Positions 52,911-64,000 of a stretch of DNA of 64,000 nt are shown here, in pieces. Numbering within the stretch: the stretch's first letter is position 1; every line of letters begins with the position of its first letter. The DNA lies in assembly GCF_006345805.1 (NCBI RefSeq), contig NC_043014.1, positions 31,434,001 through 31,498,000 on the forward strand. Direction: 5' to 3'. Origin of the DNA: Octopus sinensis. Lineage: Eukaryota. The notes under the pieces were generated by a model. The model had not been told where the DNA came from. It saw only the letters and a program-made list of their open reading frames with translations, and did not search any database. A program made the position numbers and the translations under genes.

Positions 52911-53391
52911 CTAAAACAGCTGGAATGTAGTTCAACCCATTGATGTTCTTCCATATATATGTATATATACATATATATACACACACACGTATATATATAT
53001 ATATATATATATACATACATATATATATATACACATATACATATACACACATCATCATCATCATCATCGTCGTTTAACGTCCGTTCTCCATGCTAGCATG
53101 GGTTGGACGGTAGATATATACATAAATACATATAGGAGAACAAAGTGTACGTACGCCGCTATATATATATATGTATATATATATGTATGTATATATATAT
53201 ATATATATTATATATATATATATATAATATATATATATATATAAAATACAAAAAGGGACAACAAAAGATCCAGATAGACAATACAAAAAAACAAGGACGG
53301 GTCATTCAAAGCCTTTTATCCTCAGTCAAGAACCAGATCATCCTTGCAATTTCGGCTGATTAATCTGATTATATATATATATATCTACATA

Positions 53392-53645
53392 TGTGGAGGT
53401 GCAATGGCTCAGTAGTTAGATTACCAGACCGGGCATTGTGAGTGTTTATTGAGCGAAAACACCTAAAGTTTCACGAGGCTCCGGCAGGGGGTGGTGGCGA
53501 TCGCCACAACTTTCTCTCACTTTTTCTTCTGTTGGCCTGCTCGCTTAGCCAGCTGGGTGGCATCATTCGAAGGCTAAAACAATGCGGAGCGCATTGTGAC
53601 CAGCAATGTGTAGCAACATCTGATAGCCTGGTTGGTGACGGTGAT
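53392..53645 (+). mobile_element. tRNA-derived SINE family C (internal deletions)
   Basis: Homology to 8921-9226; TA-rich flanks. Confidence 0.85.
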
Positions 53646-53672
53646 AACTATGTATACACACACACATAATAT

Positions 53673-53721
<49 letters not shown>

Positions 53722-53786
53722 TAAAACGGTAAGATAACAAAAGAAAGAAAGAGACCTCAATATCATGTAAATAGAAGAAATTTATC

Positions 53787-53875
53787 TATAAAATAATATG
53801 TTACATTACTCGATAGTCAAGATAAAACTCAGAGTTTTATCTTGACTATCGAGTAATGTAACATATTATTTTATA
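53787..53875. repeat. perfect 89-bp palindrome (44-bp arms, 1-nt centre)
   Basis: TATAAAATAATATGTTACATTACTCGATAGTCAAGATAAAACTC-A-reverse complement, checked base by base. Confidence 0.97.
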
Positions 53876-53899
53876 TATATATAATATATATATATATAT

Positions 53900-53937
<38 letters not shown>

Positions 53938-55019
53938 TAAGGTATGTAGAAAAATACAACATGGACAAGAACGTATAACTCTTACGCACACACACACACA
54001 TATATATATATATATAAATAGCTTTGTTTACATTTCCAACTGCAGCTGATTCACCTATATTGTTATTGTTCTTACAAAAGGAATGAGTATTATAATGCTT
54101 GTTTCCAGACACCCTGAAACCCAACAATATTAACCTTCATAAATGGATGGTTCTGATAAAAAATAGTTGAGAATTCAACTGTCTTCTCTATAATAAGCTC
54201 AATGTAGCTCAATGAAACAACAAATCTAACTTTCTATCTAAATGAAAAAAATGCATAACAGCAATGTTTTAGTGCCCAACCTTCATTTTTTACTAGTCAT
54301 TCAACTCTATATGTAGCCTTTTATAAGAACAGCGATTGTTTCTTTTTCAAAGCATGTGGTTCACAAACAAGCTGAAGCATAAGATTGTGCACACCCAAAG
54401 ACATACACACACACACATACACAGAGGTATACTCACATATGCATATCTTGTGTTTGCATGTATACGTGAAACTAATCAGAAAGAAAAACAATAAACACAA
54501 TATACACACATATCTACATACAGACACATTTAGAAATTTCAACTATATTTTCAGCTATCAATTTATTTACTTACAAAAAAAAAAAAAAAAAAAAAAAAAA
54601 AGAAAGAAATTCAGTTGACAAGAGAGATAACACCAAACACCCTACACTATCACCTGCCTTCCATACCCAGCTATGCTACCCATAAGTCTCCCTCACCGTC
54701 ACCCACCATAAACGGTTATTATCTCAAGCGCCAATAACTGGCACTGTTTTTCAGTTACTTCCACAAACACCAGATTTCATCTTTCAGCACATTTCCATTC
54801 TGTTGCCCTTTTAGAATACTTTTTTTTTTATCATATTGTTTCATAATTTTACACACATACAACACACTATTTAAGTTGTATTCTGAAAGGTAGGGTGTTA
54901 TCAGGGCCATAAATCACCAACACTCACATATTACTGCCGGGAGTGAGGGAAGAAATGTAGATTCACTCTCTATCTTATCACCATTTCCTGGTCGCTAATG
55001 GTCTTAAACTGAAAATAAT

Positions 55020-55260
55020 AAAGAATTTAAAAATTTACCTATCAACAGCCTTCACCTCTTCACACTGGTCTACTTTAAGCCTATGGATTCTCACTCATAT
55101 CCGACCCCACCATCCTTCCCCCCCCCCGTAGCTTATGTAGCAAAGATCCTGAAGTTTCTAAGAAGGAAATGCACTTCTTCATTTAGTTAGCTCCAAACAA
55201 ATCAGTGACTTTGCCCTCTGTCAAATTCAATCGTGCACCACACACTCCCAATCTGCACAC
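55020..55260 (+). mobile_element. Penelope-like element RT C-terminal relic
   Basis: VYFKPMDSHSY at 55068-55100, followed by LCSKDPEVSKKEMHFF, resembling Penelope YxKPTDSHSY...RLCSxxxDFxxxxxEMxxFF. Confidence 0.6.
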
Positions 55261-55470
55261 ACCTCACCTACCACTCTAATACTTTGCCCCTTCAATATAC
55301 CCACTCTCACATCTAATCGTTAGTTCCTTTATCTCTAGGTACACTTACCCTAGTGCTTCCACATATTTCTAACATTACCTTGCTTCATGTCCCTTCATCT
55401 CTCAAACAGCTATTCTACAAATCCAAAGTTCTTGTCAACATGATCAGCCACATTTATTGCACCTCTTTGG

Positions 55471-55693
55471 ACCCTATGGTATTTAAACCAGCCATATCTG
55501 ACCAAAATATTCTACCCATTTTATGTTCAAACTGGTCATATCCAGCCTTGCACACCTACCATACCAGATCATTCTAAAAATAAACAATCACATCAAAATC
55601 TCAAAGCTATGAGATAATATAGGATTAACTCAAAAACAATGTGAATAAATAAGCATTACATTTAACAGGGTAATCTCAATGCTAAAGGGTTAA
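55471..55693 (+). mobile_element. piggyBac-type MITE family F
   Basis: Ends AATGCTAAAGGGTTAA; internal homology to the other copies. Confidence 0.75.
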
Positions 55694-55849
55694 TGTATAC
55701 TGCATAACTTCCAAACACAGTGATGCATTATATTTAGGTGAAATGTGTCACCATTTGGGAGACACATTCTGTAAGTACTTGCTGGGTATTTATAACAGCA
55801 CTTAAGGAATCCTCAAACCCATGCATCAGCACTTTAACTCAATTGAACA

Positions 55850-56616
55850 CCACTCAGTTTGTCGTGTGCTGCAATACTCTCATTCTGAAAAGAACATGCA
55901 AAGATAAGGAGCAATGTCTTATCATTGATGACACAATCCTGCATCATCTCAAAAGCATCGGTACTGCCTTTGGCTGTCTCCAATGAGCATTTCAGAACAA
56001 AGACATCTGAACTGATACAAAAAAGATGGCGTACAAGGAAATGGTCATCTTTGCAGTTCTTTATGCATCTAAGAGCTGGACTATGTATAGAAGACATAAA
56101 AGTCTTGAAAGATATCACCAAGACTGCCTTTGAAGTATTCTCAAAATGAGCTGGAAAGAAAGAAGGATAAACATTAGTGTGTTGAGAGAAGCTAACATGA
56201 GCTCCATTGAAGTTATCATCATCTAGAAACAGCTGAGATAGACTGGACATGTCCGAATGTGAAACGTCTACCCAAGCAGTTTCTCAACTTCCAACTAACA
56301 GAAGGAAAACAAAAAAGTGGAGGGCAAAAGAAAAAAAACTCAATGATGTCCTAAAAGCCAACCTTAATATAATATTAACACTGAGAACTGGGAGAGAAAC
56401 GCTCAGAATCGAGAAACCTGGAGATCCAGGATCAAGAGGGGCTAACAACTTTTAAGACAAGTAGAACTGCTGAGCAAGAAGGAAAGATGAGGCACAGAAA
56501 AAAATAGAGAAGAACAATCAAGAAGGGATCTTCCATCTGGAATCACCAGTCGTGCATATGAAAAGACCTTTTGATCAAGAATTGGGCCCATCAGTTCCCT
56601 CAAACTCCATCAATAA
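55850..56616 (+). mobile_element. RTE-clade LINE 3' fragment (pseudogenised)
   Basis: TAFGCL, AVLYASKSWTMYRRH, LERYHQDCL*SILKMSWKERRINISVLREANMSSIE, QLR*TGHV and terminal IGPISSLKLH, with several stops and frameshifts. Confidence 0.88.
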
Positions 56617-56858
56617 ACTTTTATAAAGACCATCATCCTTGATCCCCAATGATAGTCATGATGATGAGGAGTCCTGGCAACTAACTCATCCCCTTACCTC
56701 TCACCTCTATTATATGTATACCTGTGTTATTGTATTTATGTCCATCATTTCAGTTGTCCTACCTATCTGATCTAGTTTGAACAAACTCCCTCTAATTTCT
56801 ACTTGGTCATGTGACAAACCTTGGTCTTCCCTCTCCCTGGCAATTTACTTTAATATAC

Positions 56859-56904
<46 letters not shown>

Positions 56905-57067
56905 GAGAGGGAGAGAGAGAGAGTGAATACATGTAGTTTTCAAATTCTGGTTTCAGAATAGGTGCACCATATCACTGTATGCTGTAAGGAGCAATTACAA
57001 GGGCTGGCATCAAGAATTCTTCAAGATGGTGCTTCAGCATGGCTGCATCAACTGGCATGTAATATAT

Positions 57068-57449
57068 TGGCTGTGTGGTAAGTAGCTTGTTTACCAACCA
57101 CATGGTTCCGGGTTCAGTCCCACTGCGTGGCACCTTGGGCAAGTGTCTTCTACTATAGCCTCGGGCTGACCAAAGCCTTGTGAGTGGATTTGGTAGACGG
57201 AAACTGAAAGAAGCCCGTCGTATATATGTATATATATACATATGCGTGTGTGTGTTTGTGTTTGTCCCCCTAGCATTGCTTGACAACCGATGCTGGTGTT
57301 TATGTCTCCGTTACTTAGCGGTTTGGCAAAAGAGACCGATAGAATAAGTACTAGGCTTACAAAAGAATAAGTCCCGGGGTCGAGTTGCTCGATTAAAGGC
57401 TGTGCTCCAGCATGGCCGCAATCAAATGACTGAAACAAGTAAAAGAGTA
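57068..57449 (+). mobile_element. SINE family B, full length
   Basis: TGGCTGTGTGGTAAG A-box-like and GGTTCAGTCCC B-box-like motifs, internal (TA)/(TG) tract, AATGACTGAAACAAGTAAAAGAG tail. Confidence 0.9.
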
Positions 57450-57994
57450 TATATGAAATATATTTCCTTAATGACACTTTTAAATTTTTAGTGCTCTCTC
57501 ACTACTTGGCTTTTCATATATGTATATGCGTGCATATCTGGTTTTACTCCTGTATGCATGTATGTATACTATATTTGTATACAAACGTGTGTATGTGCTT
57601 AAGTAAATGTGTGTCTGTGTATGTAAGTATGTGTTTGGGTCTATATATGTTTTGGGATGTGTATGTGAACATGTTTATGCGTATAAGCAGATGGTTGTAA
57701 ATATCTATTAGTGTATACGTATGTATTTATGTATGTGCTGTGAGTGAGTATGTTTGCATGCAAGGAGACAATAACATGGGTGCACACACACACACACACA
57801 GAGGACAGGCTTCTTTCAGATCCCATCGAGAAAACCCACTCATATGGCTTTGATAGAAGACACTTGCCCAGGGAGACATGGAGTGGGACTGAACCAGAAA
57901 GTCTGTAGTTTGGAAGCAAAAACCTGACCAGCTACACCTGTGTGCATGTATATATATATGCATATATATGTGTGTGTGGGTGTGTATATCTATG

Positions 57995-58002
57995 TATATT
58001 TG

Positions 58003-58033
<31 letters not shown>

Positions 58034-58063
58034 GATAGTATATATATATATATATATATATAT

Positions 58064-58107
<44 letters not shown>

Positions 58108-58188
58108 TATATATATATGTATATATATAGTATATATATATATATGTTTATATATAGTATATATATATATATGTATATATATATAGTA

Positions 58189-58251
<63 letters not shown>

Positions 58252-58325
58252 GTATATATATATAATATATATATATATTATATATATATATATATATATA
58301 GTATATATATATATAGTATATATAG
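57995..58325. repeat. long interrupted (TA)n microsatellite
   Basis: About 330 bp of TA with recurring TAG interruptions. Similar tracts at 61508-61692, 51175-51232, 53140-53245, 29764-29812 and 63505-63575. Confidence 0.98.
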
Positions 58326-59689
58326 GTACAAAATTCTCTCATCTTACATTTATAACCTAATCACTAATACTTCACAGTACCACTTTGAAGTAGAATATTG
58401 TAGCTAGGTCACAGATGTATGATGAAAGACGAAAGACTGGTATTTAATAATATATATTACTATCACAAAATAATAAATTACAAGTTAATAAAATTAGAGT
58501 ATGTTTTTAATGGCGACAATGATTTTAACACAAACATGTGCAAGTGTGCGCATGCATTCAAGTACGCTACTTTCAATATTGAATCACCCCATCTGTAAAT
58601 GTTGTCATACTTTAAATTTGTATTAGAATAATAACCTTAATTTAATACACACACACACACACACTAACATACATAAATTTCATGTGTAATATATGGATTT
58701 AGAGAATCCTCTGACAGTTACAAACCAGCTCCTCTAGTGGACTTAGATAACACATAATAACCTATTACCCAAGAGTGTATGCAGCTGAAATCCAGTAGAA
58801 ATTATTTCATGAGGAGTATATAGAACATAAAGAAAGTCAGGAGGTGTGTGAGATAAATACATTTATTTCACTAGTTAATATCCACAGGATAACAGCTGTT
58901 TCACAGCATTTATACATATGTATATATATATATATAACTGACCAGTCAAAGGAATTCTCAGTTTGGTATTTGGGGCGATTGCAGTCTCTATCAGAGTATA
59001 TGTGCTTTCCACAACAACATTGGGGCATTTTAGCTCCTATTTCTAGCAATGTAGGTGGTATTAACATCCTTATTCAAGTTTAGCTGATGACTATATATAT
59101 ATATATAATCATGTGACCAACCAGACTATCAGATGCTACTCATCACTGGTCACAATGCACTTTGCATTGTTTTAACCTTTAAATGATTCCACCAGGTTAC
59201 TAAACCAACATTCCCCACTGATTGAAAAGGGGACTGGAGCAACATGCCATCTAACCAGGGAGTCGAACACATGATCTAGTGACTGTAAGTGTAACAGCCT
59301 AACCACAAGGCCACGTGCCTTATATATATATAAATATACACACACAAAAATTCCTGATGTCACATAATGTGTTTTATGTACATGCTTATTAAGTGTGGAA
59401 TTTTGTCCAGGGAAAAATCTGTTTAAGATGTCAAGTGTTAAAAAACACTGAATACCTCAGAACCAGATGAGACAAATGAATGAGAGTGATGGGTATCAAT
59501 ATTTCACATGTGAAGAAGCAGGAATGACTTTGTGATTTAGAATTCTGCTTTGTGACCATGTGCTTCCAGATTCAGTTCTGTTGTGTGAAACATTGGATAA
59601 GTGTCTTCTACTATAACCCTAGGCTAAGCAGAACCTTGTGAGTGAATTTCATAGATGGTAGATGGAAATGAATGCTGTGCTTGAGAAGA

Positions 59690-60145
59690 CCCGGGAAGCC
59701 AAGTGAGATCATAGCCATGGCTGATGCAAGTGTCATATAACTGGCCAATTTGAAAGCACCTGCCAATCGTTGGGCAATATGCCGTGCTTGTGAGGGCCTG
59801 TTGAACCAAGAGAAATCGTGCTCATGGCTGATGCCAGTACTGCCTGACTGGCTCTCATGCTGGTGACATGTAAAAAGCACCATTCAAGCATGACCAATGC
59901 CAGTGATGGTGGTATGTAAAAAGCACCATTCAAGCGTGGTTGATGCTAGTGCCAGTGGGACATAAAAAGCAACCACTACACTCTCAGATTGGTTGGTGTT
60001 AGGAAGGGCATCCAGCTGTAGAAACTTTGCCAAATCAGATTGGAGCCTGATACAGCTTCCCGGTTTGCCAATCCTCAGTCAAAGCATCCAACCCATGTCA
60101 GCATAAAAAGTGGATGTTAAACAACTACGACGACGATAATGATTA
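59690..60145 (+). mobile_element. SINE family E, long copy with internal tandem repeats of about 40 bp
   Basis: ATGTAAAAAGCACCATTCAAGC occurs twice plus a third degenerate unit; then GTTAGGAAGGGCATCCAGCTGTAGAAAC and a GAT-like tail. Confidence 0.75.
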
Positions 60146-61505
60146 TATACATGTATCTATATTTGCAAGAGGAAATGTGATATATATATATATGCTGATA
60201 TATCTGTGTGAAAGTTGCAAGTTGCATGCAGTAATATTATCAGTTCTCCAGTCAATAAATCAATCTTCAAGTGCCACACCATTAAGGACATGAAATGACA
60301 TTGAAAAGTAGATTAAAATTAGTGACAGAAAAAAAAACATGGCTGTAAAACAGAATCTTAAGAATATAGTTGTTTAACCTGTGCAAGCAGGGAAAAAATA
60401 GATGTAAGAACAAACGAAAATAGCAGCTGAAAAAATATCATTGGCGTTAATTTAGGACAAGAAAAGAATGGGAGATAACCCTGTAATTTAAATAAAATAA
60501 AAACAGAATGCAGTGGAGAATGAGGTTGGTCTTTGGCAACATAGTGACAACTCTAGGCATGTTTCAACATATAAACCTCTTCAGCAAAGCTTAGTCTAAA
60601 CAATACTGCCAGAATTTAGATGATTTTATCAATCACAACCTTATTTCAGGTTGATACTTTTCTTATTGATCTCTAATTATCAAACTACTAAGTTATAACA
60701 CAAAGAGATAAAATGACATCAGCCTGGTATAAACACAGACAAACATATATAAGTATAATGTGCTTTTTGTGCAATTCCTAAGTACCAAAATTCTACAAGC
60801 AAGACATAATTAATATATATATATATATACACACACATACATGCAAAAGTATGTATATATGAATGAATGTAAATGTAAATTTATATGTGTATGTATGTGT
60901 GTGTATGTATATGTGTGTGTATGTATGTGTGTGTGTATGTGTGTATATATATATATATATATACACACACACATCCGTGCATCTAGGTGTATAAAGAAAC
61001 TGTATAGGTGTGAGGAAGAGCATGTGCAGACACACAGACAGACATACCTTCTAATAAAGAGAAACAAGTGTTGTTATGGATTTAGATTTCATGTTTTGTT
61101 TTGTTGTGGATTTTTCTTAGTTTTATTTACACTCATCTTATTTGTTGTTGTTGTTATTGTAATTGATTTCTATTTGAGGTACAGATACAGAAAATTATAG
61201 TGCTGACTTAACACACGTTTATAAGTAAATTATATGATACTGCTTGGAATCTGTAAGCTTTAGTTCATACTATACACGCATATATGCATACATACACACA
61301 TACATAGTGTTGCATTTGTTTCTATGAAGGATAGGAACAGGTGTGTGTGTGTAGAGGGTGTAGAAATCAAAGACATTACCTACTAATCACATACAACGGA
61401 CACTTTAGTATTCAGTACTAATAAGGTGTTGCACAAATAGTGCACACACACAAGACATACAGAGAGAAAGAGAAAAAGTGAGGTAGAGAGAGAAAGCAGG
61501 ATTAA

Positions 61506-61600
<95 letters not shown>

Positions 61601-61661
61601 ATATATAATATATATATATATATGTGTATATATGTATAATGTATGTATGTATGTATGTATG

Positions 61662-61694
<33 letters not shown>

Positions 61695-62096
61695 AGAGAG
61701 AGAGGCAGACAAACAGACAAATAAATATATAAATGGATAGATAGATAAACAGAAAGAAAGATAAATATATGGAGGAAAAGGCTTGTAAATGTGTATAGAG
61801 AGGAAAATGTGTAGGGAGAGTTGAGACAGGTGTGTCTGTGTGTGCAGGTAAAATCCATTTTGATCAACAGCCAGGGCAGGGGAAAAAAATGTCTTACCTA
61901 ATCCATTATATTCAAGGATCTACTTTTTTTGTTCTTTGTTCTTTTTTTTTTTTGATTTGATGAAAATAACATGCTCTGATTACTTTTGGTAGTTTATGCG
62001 CTAACTGCTGTTGAAATTATAGACATACTAATTACTACTAACATAATGCAAGTCTGGATGTGCTAATTAAGAATGTTAAGTTAAAAGTTCTTATAG

Positions 62097-62310
62097 GCAT
62101 GGCTGTGTAATAAGAAACTCTCTTCCCAGCCACATGGTTCTGGGTTCAGTTCCACTGTGTGGTACCTTAAGCAAGTGTATTCTACTATACTATTGGACCA
62201 GCCAAACACTTATGAGTAGATTAGGTGGGCAGAAACTGAAAGAAGCCCATCATATGTGTGACTTTTGTCCCCACCATCATGTGACAATTGACAGAATAAG
62301 TACCAGGCTG
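62097..62310 (+). mobile_element. SINE family B (decayed, partial)
   Basis: CATGGCTGTGTAATAAG...CCACATGGTTCTGGGTTCAGTTCC...GAAACTGAAAGAAGCCC. Confidence 0.75.
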
Positions 62311-63503
62311 CTTATGCACACAACAGACTCCATACAATTTCACCACATAACATGCATGTATTGAGTACTTCTTTTGTATGGATAAATCTGAGAAAAAAAA
62401 GAGTAGCCCTTGACCATTTTGTTCCCATATTTTTACCATATTTCTGTTGAACTATGTTGCTTTTGTTTTAATTAATTTTGAAAATAATAAAGAATTTAGT
62501 AAAATAATTTTATCGTTGTCAATCTGGTATTTACTCTTTTACTTGTTTCAGTCATTTGACTGCGGCCATGCTGGAGTACCACTTTTGTGGGAAAATAAAT
62601 TAAAAGGAAATTTTGATGGAGGGTTTTGACTTAGAACACTTTAAAAAAGGAAGTTTGTACCATAGAACTAGGGACAGTCTCAGGCAGGTTGGTATCAAAG
62701 GAGTTAAGGCCTTTTTTCTGGATCTTTATGTCTGAAAGAAAGGAGAAATTTATCCTCAGACAGGGTAAATTTCTGATTGCTTGCCAACAGAGTGCATTAG
62801 GCAGTTGAGGGTCAGATGGTAGAGGCAACAAATGTCTAAAAAAAAATTATTTTAAACTTGTGGTATGATGGAACACATACAGAAGCACTAAATGCAGAAG
62901 AAAAAAAATCTTTGAAACAAATTTGAAATAAAATAAAAAATTCATTTATTTTTAAATATAATAATAGGAGCAAATTGAAGTTGGATGCTGAAATATTGAT
63001 GAAAGAAAATAAAAAAAATCAAGAAAATATCTGCTGTTAAAATGTTTTTGAAACCAATATGGTATACATGCTATATAGATATTTAGCTATATGATTTTAA
63101 ATATTGATTAAAATGGAGAATTATCAAAGAAGGAAGCTTTCAGCAAAGCAAATTTTTATTGGAATTTTCCTTTAAAATGTTCCAAATCTTCAGAAAATTT
63201 TGATTCAATCATTCAACAATGAACATTGAAAATATTTCTAGAATGCTCTAGAAGAATGAAAGAGTATGAGTATATAATATATATATATATATATATACAT
63301 ACACACACATGCATATCAAAACTGATAAATTAGCTGTGTTAAATTGCAGTAACATCTTTTACAGCCATTGCATATAAGCTTAAGATGTTGCTGTATGGCA
63401 AAACAAATTCATCTTAGAACTATAAATGAGCAAAAAGAAAAAAAAAAAAATTTTTGTTCAATAAAAGCTTTAAGAAAGTTTAGGAAAATCACTGAATGTA
63501 TTA

Positions 63504-63578
<75 letters not shown>

Positions 63579-64000
63579 AGTATTTTCAAAAGACAATGTC
63601 TATTATATACAAAGATATGATCAGAAATATTTTTCTATCAGCAATTTATGAATTTGTGAAGTCCAACAGATATTTAGGTTATAATAACAAACCAGTGAAG
63701 AACTCGCAGTGTGATTTGTTAAAAATAGCAGCTAAATCTCACTCAAATCACACCCTGCCATCTTTGAAAAGGACAAAAAGAGAATGGCAATATGAAAAGA
63801 CAAGATTATCCATGGTTAGAATGGCTTTAAATCAGCTCATTTTGCAACAACAAAGAAAATAATAAAAAAGGATGAAGAACAGAATAGATCAGAAAACAGC
63901 CAGATCTATGACTTGTATGTTGTGGATTGAAAAAATATTTTTCATCACTGCATAAGGTCTGGAAGGTATAGAATAACGAGAAAAGACAATTTAATGTAGA

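Noticed and set aside
53290-53335. Hammerhead-like CUGAGGA...GAAUGACCCGUC on the minus strand
   Set aside because: GAAU instead of GAAA and no complementary stem I.
61897-62010. Minus-strand TAG|GTAAGA donor with upstream acceptor
   Set aside because: The segment is A-run rich and the main frame contains a stop; no support as a coding exon.

Overview
AT-rich, microsatellite-dense eukaryotic DNA. The short repeats look like octopus (coleoid cephalopod) SINEs and MITEs; that species call is my recognition, not a search result. No complete protein-coding gene can be identified, and nearly all ORFs in the supplied track come from microsatellites or antisense reading of repeats. The window holds at least five tRNA-type SINE families, TTAA-flanked piggyBac-type MITEs, mariner relics, and CR1, RTE and Penelope-like retroelement fragments. 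A visibly CpG-richer central zone (about 28.6-43 kb) looks like an unmethylated promoter or intergenic domain between two CpG-depleted, probably intronic, flanks. Only weak exon candidates were found. The most interesting signal is three unrelated short repeats (38748-38777 +, 38873-38914 -, and the fold-back at 51298-51579) that each carry a minimal type-I hammerhead ribozyme-like core with a self-complementary stem III. One of them shows the compensatory G3-C8 core swap. A perfect 89-bp palindrome (53787-53875) is centred on the same stem-III module. This suggests a set of non-autonomous, hammerhead-bearing, Penelope-associated mini-elements. Each copy in this window is degenerate and activity is untested.
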